A DNA stretch of 64,000 bases from a virus: positions 1 to 64,000 of the IMG/VR virus record IMGVR_UViG_3300021405_000010; one strand, given 5' to 3'. Made by a program: the position numbers and the translations under genes. Shown piece after piece: positions 9,600 to 18,938 of this stretch; position 1 is the stretch's first letter; each line of letters begins with the position of its first letter. The notes below the pieces were generated by a model. That model was given only the letters and a program-made list of their open reading frames with translations, did no database searches and was not told where the DNA came from.

Positions 9600-9863
9600 T
9601 CAGATCTTTTTCTTGCTGAATGCGGGGACCGATTTCCCGGCTTTTCCGGAGCCGCTTTTGGCTGCCGGATGAGCAGGGTTGCCCTTTGCGGTGGTCTTGG
9701 TCAGGGTGGATTTCACCGGGTAATTGGCCGCCATGTGCGGCACTGCTTTACCTTTACCGGCATTGGTTGTTTTGACGTGGTCGGTAAAACCGGAGCGGGT
9801 CTTACTGCCGGTCATGATGCCGCCGCCGGTTGGTTTTTTGCTAAAGGCTGGGATCGATTTCAT
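9600..9863 (-). CDS. Small Lys-rich basic protein
   Basis: 87 aa, starting and ending with KS[IV]PAFSKK. Confidence 0.6.
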   Translation of the reverse strand: MKSIPAFSKKPTGGGIMTGSKTRSGFTDHVKTTNAGKGKAVPHMAANYPVKSTLTKTTAKGNPAHPAAKSGSGKAGKSVPAFSKKKI

Positions 9864-9985
9864 GGAGTGGATCGGAAGGACGCTAACCCGAGCTATACCC
9901 CCAAGGCGGCGTCCGTGCCAATAACAAAGGCTCCGGGTGACACAACCCGGAGCCTTTCTTGCTGCTACTGGTTTGGGAGAGTTTT

Positions 9986-10441
9986 TTAAGCTGGCGGTTG
10001 TGCCGGGGGTTGTGCTGCTGACTGGTCGCTGGGCGTCGGCACGTTGCCTGTCGGTATCCCAACGACAATCCATCCAGTTACCGGAGTCCATGCTGTCTTC
10101 CAATCAACTGGTCGGCTATCAGGTGCTGGTAGAGTTGGAGGAAGATCGGGCGGCAAGACAATTGGATGCGACGGGATCGGAGCCTGTCCTTCAGGCGGAT
10201 TGGGCCAAATACCGATGTCTGGCCTGTAGATCGGATGCGATGGGTGAGCGCCCGAAGGAGGTTGCGGTGATGGGCCTCCGATGTCCGGATAAGGTGGGTT
10301 TGGTCCGGGCCAGATTCCTGGAGGCTGTCCGCCGGGGGCAATAGGATGCGTAGGAATTGGGCCGCCGGGCATGGGGCCGCCACCTACTCCAACGTCGGAA
10401 TAGGTGAGGACGCCTTGGAAAGTTACGGGGATAGATGCCAT
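9986..10441 (-). CDS. Proline-rich PxHPI-repeat protein
   Basis: PTHPIA, PSHPIY and PSHPIV repeats; WKTAWTPVTGW C-terminal motif. Confidence 0.7.
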   Translation of the reverse strand: MASIPVTFQGVLTYSDVGVGGGPMPGGPIPTHPIAPGGQPPGIWPGPNPPYPDIGGPSPQPPSGAHPSHPIYRPDIGIWPNPPEGQAPIPSHPIVLPPDLPPTLPAPDSRPVDWKTAWTPVTGWIVVGIPTGNVPTPSDQSAAQPPAQPPA

Positions 10442-10486
10442 TTGAGATTCTCGCTTTCTGGTTGGTTGGGTTGAAAGACAGTCCTC

Positions 10487-12304
10487 TCAGAGGTCTTGAC
10501 TGAAGTCAATATAAGCCGTGCGTTCTCGTGGTCCGATATTGCCATCCGGGCCTTTAAATCTCGGAGCCTTGTTAGAGCCCAGCATCGAGGCTTTTTCGGG
10601 CCCGTTTAAGGCCGCGCCGTGCACCATCTGGACCATGGCATCCGCGATATCCGGGCTCCAGCCCAGGCGCTTCTTAAACTCTTTCTTGGGCTCCAGGCGG
10701 ATCCGGGGCTTTCCGCTTGGGCCCTTGGGCGCTGGCTGATACCGGCGGCCCGAAAGCTCTTTAAAAAGCTGTGAGGTCTGAATCTGGGGGTGGAACGCGA
10801 TGTGACCAAACTCCAGGAATTTGCGGACCCGGGCGTACATCTCGGTATCGATCCCGTCGTAGATCTCGACCGCATAATCGTGGTCGTCGGCCAGGATCTT
10901 GCGGTTCCCGGCTTCCGCGCCCCACTGGATGCCGCGCACCGAGCCGCTCCACTGCTCCATCAAGGCGTCATGGGTGCCGGTGCCAACCCCGGTCCGGTCA
11001 CAGGTCGTCCAGTCTGGGTTAATGTTCAAGCCTTTCAACTTGTGCTCGATCGAGTTGGCCAGGGCGATCGTTTTCTCTTTGGGCATCTCGAAATACTGGT
11101 CGCACTGGATGGTGTAGCGGGGCTTCTGCCAGAGGACCGGCTTACCATTTAAGGGCTGAAAGCCGATCGCTTTCCCGTACCGGCCAACGAAGACGATGAT
11201 CCGGTCTCCCCCTTCAAAAGCCAGATCAATCCCGCCGCACCCGATGGTCCTCCCGCTAAACATAAACTGGCCGATCACCTCCTCCAGGAGGCTGTAGGGG
11301 ATTAGGGTGTTCTGGAGCGCCGTGAGCGGGTACATGCCCCTGCCAAAGGTTAGATACTTCGGGCTCTGCCCACCCAGCTCCAGGGCGAACTTCTGGTAGC
11401 CATCCCAGGTTAAAAAACCCGGGAAAACCAGTTTGCGCTCGATCACGTTTTCGCAATCGGTCCCGTCTAGGCGTAACACATTCCACCTTTCACTCGAGAC
11501 CCACTCTTTATCCTTATCCAGGTTGACGGTGGTCCAGCCGTTGACCGGTTCGGCCAGCTGGGCCAGCTTCGAGGTGACATCCCGAGGGTTAGTCGCGCAC
11601 ATGACCTTGACCGCTTCCGCGCCCCAAGCTGATGCCAGGAGGTTGCTAACGCCTTCCCAAACGCCTGAAGGAATTTCTTCCGCTTCGTCCAGTACGGCGC
11701 GTACCCGCGACATGGATCCAAAAAGAGGGTGGGCGTTGTTCCGAGGTACGGGATGAAAACCTTGTAGTACACCTCGTCCATCCTCACCTTGTGGGATGGC
11801 GACCAGTGTGATTGCCGAATGTCGATCCTTTGGATTGAGACCGACAAATCCGTCCATACTGAGACCCGGTAAGGGGATAATAGCGGCCTTATAGAGGCGT
11901 TGGAGCGTCGAAAAGCTCTGGCTCTTCGCATGGCCGCCGGTCGTACTGATGATCTTGATTTCGGTGTACTCGGGGTCGCGGATCCAGTCGAGCAGGACAT
12001 AGCAAATCAGGCTGTAGGTTTTACCCATCGCCGCCGCGCCTAAGACGATCAGGTTCTGGGTGGTCCTGGCAGTGTGGAGGAGCTGCTGGACGGCGCGGGG
12101 CCCGGCATTAAAGAGCTTGTCTCCCCAGATTAGGAGTCCCGCCAAGCCGTAACGTTCGGTGTCCAGTAACCGCTTAATCAAGAACCAGATCCAGGTCCGG
12201 GCCTGATCGGGGTGCTGGACGGAAGGGTCGTACACGCTGACCGCGCGAACGACCTCCTCGTCAGTGCCCTCCCCGCAATCACGCCTGAACTTTACGAGAT
12301 CCAC
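10487..12304 (-). CDS. terL: Terminase large subunit
   Basis: Walker A GAAAMGKT, Walker B AVLDEAEEI, motif III ATNP, RNase H-like GIDLA..GGD and SPDIADA. Confidence 0.92.
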   Translation of the reverse strand: MDLVKFRRDCGEGTDEEVVRAVSVYDPSVQHPDQARTWIWFLIKRLLDTERYGLAGLLIWGDKLFNAGPRAVQQLLHTARTTQNLIVLGAAAMGKTYSLICYVLLDWIRDPEYTEIKIISTTGGHAKSQSFSTLQRLYKAAIIPLPGLSMDGFVGLNPKDRHSAITLVAIPQGEDGRGVLQGFHPVPRNNAHPLFGSMSRVRAVLDEAEEIPSGVWEGVSNLLASAWGAEAVKVMCATNPRDVTSKLAQLAEPVNGWTTVNLDKDKEWVSSERWNVLRLDGTDCENVIERKLVFPGFLTWDGYQKFALELGGQSPKYLTFGRGMYPLTALQNTLIPYSLLEEVIGQFMFSGRTIGCGGIDLAFEGGDRIIVFVGRYGKAIGFQPLNGKPVLWQKPRYTIQCDQYFEMPKEKTIALANSIEHKLKGLNINPDWTTCDRTGVGTGTHDALMEQWSGSVRGIQWGAEAGNRKILADDHDYAVEIYDGIDTEMYARVRKFLEFGHIAFHPQIQTSQLFKELSGRRYQPAPKGPSGKPRIRLEPKKEFKKRLGWSPDIADAMVQMVHGAALNGPEKASMLGSNKAPRFKGPDGNIGPRERTAYIDFSQDL

Positions 12305-12539
12305 GGCGTTTAAGTTCCCAGGCCGCCGCGCCCACTAGGAACATCGCTCCCAGGATGAGTGCAGGGTTGGCCTCGGGTACGACCGGCGGAACTTTAGAGG
12401 TGATGTAATTACCGATCGAGCGTTCGTACTCGTAAGTACCCAGGCCCGGAGGGTAACCATGAAAGGTGAGACAATTTTGTTCGGCTTTGACCGTCATGGT
12501 CAAAACACACATTAGTGCTGCTACGGTTAGTTGCTTCAT
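12279..12539 (-). CDS. Mini PEP-CTERM-like exported protein
   Basis: Signal peptide MKQLTVAALMCVLTMTVKA; C-terminal VPEA followed by a hydrophobic helix and KRR. Confidence 0.7.
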   Translation of the reverse strand: MKQLTVAALMCVLTMTVKAEQNCLTFHGYPPGLGTYEYERSIGNYITSKVPPVVPEANPALILGAMFLVGAAAWELKRRGSRKVQA

Positions 12540-12655
12540 ACGTTGAGCATGAAATACGGATTATCAACGTTCATCTTTAGGACGAAGTGCCTCTACTACG
12601 AGCCGGGCGGCTTCCAGATCAAGAAAATAAGCCACCGTGATCCCCAGCCGGTCGA

Positions 12656-13000
12656 CTACAACATGGAGTCGCTCAAATCGATTTCGACCTCCTGGGGCTT
12701 TGACGAGGAGGGGGTCTGTTTCGTAATCTTCCACTCGCCAAGGGAGTCGGAGATCAGGCCCTGGTTGAACGCTTCTGAGACCACTCGGCGCAGGGCGATC
12801 ACCACCGCTTCCTTCAGGCAGTACCGTTGGGTCTGCCGGAGTCGTTCCACGCCGCGCCCCTGTGCGTCGAGATGCTTGGTCGTTGTGTTGATCTGATAGC
12901 ACTCGGTAAGCTCCAGCATCTCGAGTTCGTTCGCCAGGACGATCCGGATCTGATCAGCCTCCCGATAGATCGAGAGGCTTAAATTAGCGCACAGCTGGGC
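12656..13000 (-). CDS. Hypothetical protein (start uncertain)
   Basis: Open frame with protein-like composition filling the gap. Confidence 0.4.
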   Translation of the reverse strand, partial: AQLCANLSLSIYREADQIRIVLANELEMLELTECYQINTTTKHLDAQGRGVERLRQTQRYCLKEAVVIALRRVVSEAFNQGLISDSLGEWKITKQTPSSSKPQEVEIDLSDSML

Positions 13001-13002
13001 TG

Positions 13003-14541
13003 TTACTGGTCTGGGGTCGGGGGATTGGCTTTGATCCATTCGGTTTGTTTGTCCAGCCACTGCCGGTAGGTCGCCCCTGACGGAGTGGGACTCGGCGTCG
13101 GGTTTGGTGTCGGAGTGGGCGTGGGAGTTGGTTTAGGCGTTGGCGTTGGCGTCGGCGTCGGGTTTGGTGTCGGCACCGGAGTTGGAGTTGGCGGGGGTGT
13201 CGGTGTGGGTGCAGCGCCACCATTGTAAGCGTAGGCACCGATGTCCCACGGGCTTTTGCGCGTCACTCCTTCGATATCCGTCGTAAAAGAGCTTGAGAGA
13301 TCGACGCCTTTACCCACTGCCGGTGAACCCGATGTCAGATCGAAATCATTGGCACCGACAAACTTTGGATCGACGTTTTCCAGGTTGTGGTCAATCACCA
13401 GGGTGGCCGCCCCGCCCACCGTGTAAATCGTAGTCATCCAATTCCAGATGATGTTGTTGCGGATGGTCGCCGTGGTGCCGGGAATGTTGCCGGTGTACTG
13501 GCGAATGCCTAAGCCGCCCTGGGATGAGTTGGTGCAGACGATGGTGTTGTTGTAGACGTAGGGCTGGTTGCAGGAGGGGAAGATGCAGCCGTTACTCGCC
13601 CCGCCGGTCGTCGCCACGCAAAGGTTGTTGTAGATCAGCACGCCTTCCATCCCGACTGAAACGCTCCCGCTCTCATTGGCCGAGACGTAGATAAAGGCCG
13701 TCGAGTGCGCTCCGGCATCGCCGTGGACGTAGTTGTTGTAGATTCGGAGGTTAGTGACTTTCGAGCCGGGCTGGGCCGCCCAGATGTACATCCCGTTGTG
13801 ATGGTTGTTATTGGGCGGGTCATCCCAGATCGTCCCCGGCATCGAGATGTCGTTGTCGTGGATCTTGAAATTGTCGATGACAGCATTGGCACCGCCCGAG
13901 CCAGAGCCAATCCCCCAGTTGACGTCACTGATCGTGTTGTGATCCAGCTCGATGTTGGAGGAGGCCGGGGTGATTGAATAGGTGTAAAAGATACCCGCAC
14001 CCGCGCTGGCCAGGACGCAATCATGCACATGGAAATTGCTCCCGTAGGACAGACTCACCGCCGTCCCGGCGCTGTTGGCCGTATCGGCTACCGTGGTCTT
14101 CTTGTACATGTTGGTGATCTTGAGATTCTTGACCTCGAGATTATTCTGCTGCGAGACCGCGATCCCGTGCGAGCTGACTCCGCTGGTCGTATTCTGGCCG
14201 GTCGCCGTGATCAGGCCGTTCTGGCCCCCGTCGATCACCACAAAGGAGCCGCCCACTGTGATGGCGGCCTTGTTCCAGTGATCGGCGGTCATGTTGGCTC
14301 CAGGCTCAAAAAGCAAGGTAACGGGGCTCGAGCTGGATCCCGATCCGTTGATCGTGATGCTGGAGGTGATGGTGCCCACCAAGTGATTGACAGTGCCAGC
14401 TGTCCACTGAGCGCCGGAGACGGCTTTGCAGTTGCTGGCGCTGGATCCCGAACCATTCCCAGTCGCAGACTGGGCCAGATAGACATCAGCCGCGATCAAG
14501 CGGCTGGCAAAGAGGAGTAAGCAGAGAAGGGGTAATCTCAT
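13003..14541 (-). CDS. Secreted right-handed parallel beta-helix protein with PT linker
   Basis: Signal peptide; IYNN/VYNNT rungs; choice-of-anchor-Q-like SPAVGKG...DIGAY; (PT)n linker. Confidence 0.85.
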   Translation of the reverse strand: MRLPLLCLLLFASRLIAADVYLAQSATGNGSGSSASNCKAVSGAQWTAGTVNHLVGTITSSITINGSGSSSSPVTLLFEPGANMTADHWNKAAITVGGSFVVIDGGQNGLITATGQNTTSGVSSHGIAVSQQNNLEVKNLKITNMYKKTTVADTANSAGTAVSLSYGSNFHVHDCVLASAGAGIFYTYSITPASSNIELDHNTISDVNWGIGSGSGGANAVIDNFKIHDNDISMPGTIWDDPPNNNHHNGMYIWAAQPGSKVTNLRIYNNYVHGDAGAHSTAFIYVSANESGSVSVGMEGVLIYNNLCVATTGGASNGCIFPSCNQPYVYNNTIVCTNSSQGGLGIRQYTGNIPGTTATIRNNIIWNWMTTIYTVGGAATLVIDHNLENVDPKFVGANDFDLTSGSPAVGKGVDLSSSFTTDIEGVTRKSPWDIGAYAYNGGAAPTPTPPPTPTPVPTPNPTPTPTPTPKPTPTPTPTPNPTPSPTPSGATYRQWLDKQTEWIKANPPTPDQ

Positions 14542-14580
14542 TTTATGAGGTAGAGCAGATTCTCCTGGCGTTGGCCACTC

Positions 14581-14919
14581 TCATTTCTGCCACCACGCCT
14601 TGAAGCTGTTGATCTCATCGATCGAGGGGTAAGCGCCGGTAAAGAGGAAAGCCCGGTCGTCGATGTAGAGCCATGCCGGGGGCTTCGTGTTGGTGATCTG
14701 GACCACCATAGAGACTTCCGGCGGGGCATGAACTTGCAGCCATTCGTGAACCAGTTGCTCCGGCCTCGTCGTAAAGATGACTACCGCGAACCCGTGATCG
14801 AGGCATTCGTTCAGGAAGTCGATCGCGCCGGGAAGCGGCGGATCCAAGGGTGCCATCTCGCCCTTCCAGCCGGTGTAGGCTGAAAGGACTCCATCAAAAT
14901 CAATTGCCAGCGTCTTCAT
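14581..14919 (-). CDS. HAD-superfamily phosphatase/nucleotidase
   Basis: AIDFDGVL, IFTTR and KP...YIDDRA motifs. Confidence 0.8.
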   Translation of the reverse strand: MKTLAIDFDGVLSAYTGWKGEMAPLDPPLPGAIDFLNECLDHGFAVVIFTTRPEQLVHEWLQVHAPPEVSMVVQITNTKPPAWLYIDDRAFLFTGAYPSIDEINSFKAWWQK

Positions 14920-14922
14920 AAA

Positions 14923-15285
14923 TCAGAATGGTTTCGCCGGGCCCTCACTGCTGCACTTGCAGCGGCCCTCGGGGTTCCGGCTGGTGATCGGGACCTTCTT
15001 CCCGCAGTCCTCGCACTCACGCATCAGATTGCGCGCATTGGCCCAGGTGGCCCCGCAGTGGCTGCACTGGCCGTAGTAATGCCACTCATCCCCTGAGAAA
15101 GTCGGGGGGACGTTTTTGGTGATCCCGCAGGCCGGGCAGTCAAAGGAGAGGATCCGGGCCGGTATACAGAGCTTCAGGCGTCTCTCTGCTCGTTCGTCCG
15201 CTTTAAAAGCATGCTTTTTCCAGCCGTCCAGGTTCGGAGCCGCCGCCTGCGGCTCCCACCCTTCCAGGTCAAAGTCCTCACTCAT
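14923..15285 (-). CDS. Zn-finger protein
   Basis: CPAC, CSHC, CEDC and CKC motifs. Confidence 0.6.
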   Translation of the reverse strand: MSEDFDLEGWEPQAAAPNLDGWKKHAFKADERAERRLKLCIPARILSFDCPACGITKNVPPTFSGDEWHYYGQCSHCGATWANARNLMRECEDCGKKVPITSRNPEGRCKCSSEGPAKPF

Positions 15286-15740
15286 AGCTTGGCGTTCAGG
15301 AATTTGACGAATGACGTTACAAGCTTGGGCTTATCCATTGCCTCGCACCATTGCCTGAAGTCCCAGGCCGCCTTGTGGACATCGACTTTCTTGTAGGCCG
15401 GGTTCTGGGCCAGGGCCTCCAGGATCTCGTTGGTCATCAGCTCGCCCGGCTTGGGCTTGAGCGGGGCCTTCTGGCTGGGGAACCAGCCTGCCCGGGCCCA
15501 CAGGCGCACTGCTGCGGTCCAGCTGTGGATCTTGGTGCCCCTGGCCGTCTTAAAGCCCGAGACCAGCCATGTGTCGTAGAGGTACTCGGCATCGCTGTCT
15601 GGGAGCCCCAGCCGGGCTGTCTCGGCCCTGATCTCGGAAAGGGGTGGCATCCCCCGGGGCCTGTCTTCTGCCTTGGTCTCAAACTCGGTCAGGCCATCCA
15701 ACGGGCGCTGGCCTAGGTGCTTCTCTTCTTTTCTTGTCAT
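15282..15740 (-). CDS. Replication-initiator C-terminal-domain-like protein
   Basis: PPLSEI...DAEYLYD.W..SGF....KI.SW.AAVRLW resembles the C-termini of phage replication proteins. Confidence 0.5.
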   Translation of the reverse strand: MTRKEEKHLGQRPLDGLTEFETKAEDRPRGMPPLSEIRAETARLGLPDSDAEYLYDTWLVSGFKTARGTKIHSWTAAVRLWARAGWFPSQKAPLKPKPGELMTNEILEALAQNPAYKKVDVHKAAWDFRQWCEAMDKPKLVTSFVKFLNAKL

Positions 15741-15744
15741 ACGT

Positions 15745-16035
15745 CTTTTCTTAGATCCTTATCTGTCAGGAGGAATCCTCGCTTCGCTCGGAATATGTCA
15801 GGACACTGTCCTGATTAGGAAACAATAACCCCCCTACCCCCCTTGGAACTACAGAGAGGTAGCAGGGCTATTGTTTCCCAACAAGACAGACCGTCCTGCA
15901 TACGGAAATTCACGAGTACAACCCGAAACTTCCCCGTGATAAAGGACCTTCATGAAAACAAAAAGGGCTGGGCAGGTCAAACAAAGAAATCCTTTATCAG
16001 GGGAAATTTCCAAGAGGTGACCAGCCAGCCTGATT
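15745..16035. other. Inverted-repeat-rich non-coding region (candidate origin or structured RNA)
   Basis: IRs at 15798-15814, 15818-15831/15865-15878, 15925-15946/15990-16010 and 15966-15979/16018-16030. Confidence 0.5.
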
Positions 16036-16038
16036 CAT

Positions 16039-16509
16039 TTATTCGCTTTTTGGTTTAAAAGTCAAGCTCTGGACCAGCTTGATCGCTTCGTCGGCGGAGT
16101 AGACGATGAAGTAAGGGATCCCCTGATTCTCCAGCCGCTCTTTAAAATCCTTCTGGACTTCGGTCAGGGGGTTGGGGGCGCGCTTGAATTCGATCCAGAA
16201 GGTGATCGTCTCGGCACCCACCACAAAGTCGGGGCACCCCAGGCTGGCCTTGGTCTTGTGCGCGGTCGAGTGCCAGACGAAGGGGTAGAGGTGGAGCAGG
16301 CACCAGTTGGCGAACTGGCGTTGCTCCTCTCTTTCAAGCTTGTCCGTTACCGGCGGCGGGTGCGGATCAGTCTCGAAGCTGGGGCGTACTTCGGGCCCGT
16401 ATCTTTTTTGGTCTTCTTGGCTCATGCCTCCGAGGATTTCGGGGCTTAGTTGGTCTCGTCTCCAGCCCATGATCGATATTGATGTCATGCGCTTGCTTTG
16501 GCAAGGCAT
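16039..16509 (-). CDS. VRR-NUC (PD-(D/E)XK) nuclease; start may be downstream
   Basis: GCPDFVV....FWIEFKR...LT..QK.F...GIPYFIVYS motif. Confidence 0.8.
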   Translation of the reverse strand: MPCQSKRMTSISIMGWRRDQLSPEILGGMSQEDQKRYGPEVRPSFETDPHPPPVTDKLEREEQRQFANWCLLHLYPFVWHSTAHKTKASLGCPDFVVGAETITFWIEFKRAPNPLTEVQKDFKERLENQGIPYFIVYSADEAIKLVQSLTFKPKSE

Positions 16510-16727
16510 CGCGGATCTGCCTGATCCTGGTGGCCAGGATCTCGTAGTTCTCCAGCTGGCGTTGAAACGCCAGCTTGGCCTCGGTATGGGCGGCGTTCAG
16601 GGTCAGCTGGAGGTGCCAAAGGAGCGCCTCCGGGTCCTGAGCCTGGGTGATCTTCTGGTCAATCTTCCTCATGCCGTTTTTATGATGTAGATGACCAGCA
16701 CAACAAAGATGGCGAAGGCGACAAGAT

Positions 16728-18290
16728 TCATGCCGCCCTCCTGGCCCGGGCCTGCTCCCGGGTCAACGCCCAGACATCATCGCCCTCCAGCCCTGCCAGA
16801 TCACGAATTTCAGCCAGCTTTTTATAACGGCGCTTACCGATCGCCTGCATGACTTTCCGGGCCTGGGCCTCGGTCTGGACGCTGTCCGGATCGATTCCGG
16901 CATTTGAGAGCAGGGTTTTAGTGAAATTACTCGGGCGCGCACGCTTCTCCCAGGCGTAGACCGGCTGCCAGTTGACGAGTTCGTGATCGTGGATCGCCGC
17001 CGCGAAGTAGTCCGCCCGGACCATTCCGGCCCGAAAGCGAGCCGCAGCTTCAAGCTTGCGTCTAATTGCCTCCTCTCGTTGAAGCTGGATATCAAGCTGC
17101 ATCTGGCGCAAGGAATAGCTTTGCTTGTCCTTGGTGGCCTTCTCCATCTCCTCGGCCATCTCCTGGTCCGCCGCGATCAGGAATGCCGGGGAAACCAGAT
17201 CCATCTCGGAGCTGAGCCACAGAGGGTCGATAATGATGCTGTGGGGCTTGCTGGAGGCCGCAATCGCCCGGAGCCTGCCTTCTATGGTCCCGATGCCGTC
17301 GATCGTTCCTGGGGCCGTCCTGGTCGATCTGCCCACGATCTGGGTGTAGAGCACTTTGCTCTTGGTGGGCCGCAGGTTTAAGGTCGCGTCACAGATCGGC
17401 GCGTCGATACCGGTATGGAGTAAATTCGAGTTGCTTAAGAGGGTAATCCGGCCTTCCCGGAAGGCCTGGAGTTTCGCGTCCCGCAGAGGGTCTTCACCGT
17501 CCACATGAACGGCATTGATGCCCTCCGCGACACATGCCTCGACGAACTTCTGCGAGCTGGCCACCAGGGGCAGGAAGGCCAGGATATGACGGTCGTTAAA
17601 CCGGGCTTTGATCTCCTTGGCGATCTCCCGGAAATAGGGCGCAATGGCATCGGCGGCATCATTAACATCGAAGTCTTTGCCCTCCGGCGTCCGGCGGATT
17701 CGTACGTTCGCCAGACTGACTGCAGTCGAGAGCTTCTCGACGTGATCCGGATCCACCAAATAACCTTCGTCCACAAGGTCAAAGAGATCTTTCCGGTAAG
17801 CTTCGACCTCAAAGATCTCGGAGAGAGCTTTGCCGTCCGCCCGGAAAGGCGTGGCTGTGATGCCGCAGACCTTCGCCGCATCAAAGTGAGTAAAAATCCG
17901 TTTCCAGGATTCGGCCAGAGCCCCGTGTGCTTCATCGGCAAAGATGTATTGGAAGTGATCTTTAGGGAACCGCTCCAGCCGGGCCTTGCGGGTTAAGGTT
18001 TGCACCGAACCAACCACCACCTGGGCGCTTAAGGGCGCTTTGGACTCGGCCTTCTCCAGGGCGGCAATAAAGCCCTGGTCCCGGAAAGCGCCCAAAGGCT
18101 GGGTGCAGAGTTCGTTGCGGTTAGCTAAAAATAACACGCGGCCAGTCTGAACCAGGATCCTGGTCGTCCCAGCCGCAATCAGGGTTTTGCCACCACCCGT
18201 GGCAATCGTGGTAATGCACGTTTTGTGCTTGGTCCACGTAGAGAGGATCGCCTTGGAGGCGTCTTGTTGGTAATCTCGGAATTCTTTCAT
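16728..18290 (-). CDS. Superfamily 2 DEAH-box helicase
   Basis: RDYQ, TGGGKT, DEAH, TATP, TGID and QIVGR motifs. Confidence 0.92.
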   Translation of the reverse strand: MKEFRDYQQDASKAILSTWTKHKTCITTIATGGGKTLIAAGTTRILVQTGRVLFLANRNELCTQPLGAFRDQGFIAALEKAESKAPLSAQVVVGSVQTLTRKARLERFPKDHFQYIFADEAHGALAESWKRIFTHFDAAKVCGITATPFRADGKALSEIFEVEAYRKDLFDLVDEGYLVDPDHVEKLSTAVSLANVRIRRTPEGKDFDVNDAADAIAPYFREIAKEIKARFNDRHILAFLPLVASSQKFVEACVAEGINAVHVDGEDPLRDAKLQAFREGRITLLSNSNLLHTGIDAPICDATLNLRPTKSKVLYTQIVGRSTRTAPGTIDGIGTIEGRLRAIAASSKPHSIIIDPLWLSSEMDLVSPAFLIAADQEMAEEMEKATKDKQSYSLRQMQLDIQLQREEAIRRKLEAAARFRAGMVRADYFAAAIHDHELVNWQPVYAWEKRARPSNFTKTLLSNAGIDPDSVQTEAQARKVMQAIGKRRYKKLAEIRDLAGLEGDDVWALTREQARARRAA

Positions 18291-18338
18291 ACGACAGCCC
18301 TACTCTCGCCCTGGTTAATACTTTGTCAATTAGGAAAG

Positions 18339-18503
18339 TCACTTTTTCAACTTTTCCTTGCGCCAGCGTTTCTTGGCCGCCGCCTTCATCGGGCCGTGCC
18401 CCCGGGCCTTGGACTCCCCACTGGCCTTGCCCATCAGGGTGGCCCCCATCTTTTTTAACCACGCATCCTCGAGGATCTCGTTACAGAACGGGCATCGTGC
18501 CAT
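18339..18503 (-). CDS. Small basic protein (not in ORF track)
   Basis: MARCPFC...GKASGESKAR...KAAAKKRW, translated by hand. Confidence 0.55.
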   Translation of the reverse strand: MARCPFCNEILEDAWLKKMGATLMGKASGESKARGHGPMKAAAKKRWRKEKLKK

Positions 18504-18514
18504 TGGCGCTCCTT

Positions 18515-18808
18515 TTATTCGATGTCGATCTCAACCTCGGCGTTATTGGGCTTGATGATGGAGCCTTTCAGTTCTTCCAGGTCCACCCGGAAGCCCCGCC
18601 GCTCCTGGTCGCCGTTCCCCACCTCCAGGCCGGTCTTTTTCCAGAACCGCAGGACCGAATAGTTCGGCACCCGGACGATCAGCTGGCTGTCCCGCCAGCC
18701 GATCACCTCGCCCTCATAGGTCTCATTGCGCGGGGGTTCGGGCACCTTGTCGTACCAGTAAACCGCGACGTGCAAGGGGTGACCGATCTCCAGCTTCTGC
18801 TTATCCAT
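18515..18808 (-). CDS. Hypothetical protein
   Basis: ORF begins directly after cassette copy 2. Confidence 0.6.
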   Translation of the reverse strand: MDKQKLEIGHPLHVAVYWYDKVPEPPRNETYEGEVIGWRDSQLIVRVPNYSVLRFWKKTGLEVGNGDQERRGFRVDLEELKGSIIKPNNAEVEIDIE

Positions 18809-18893
18809 ATAACGTTATACTCAGGGGTATGCCCAACGTTGCACTGTCGGCAATTTGCCGAAAATTCGGCTGATTTTGAGGCACTTGCGTAAG
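18808..18893 (+). repeat. Composite palindromic cassette, copy 2
   Basis: TATAACGTTATAC-N8-ATGCCCAACGTTG-N5-TCGGCAATTTGCCGAA-aattcGGCTGATTTTGAGGCACTTGCGTAAG. Confidence 0.9.
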
Positions 18894-18938
18894 GAAAAAG
18901 GGCAAATCTAACGTTATACCAGGATTACGCATATAACG

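Noticed and set aside
13075-13215. Hexamer tandem repeats (also ~61195-61255) as phase-variation tracts
   Set aside because: They encode in-frame Pro-Thr linkers, and length change would not shift the frame
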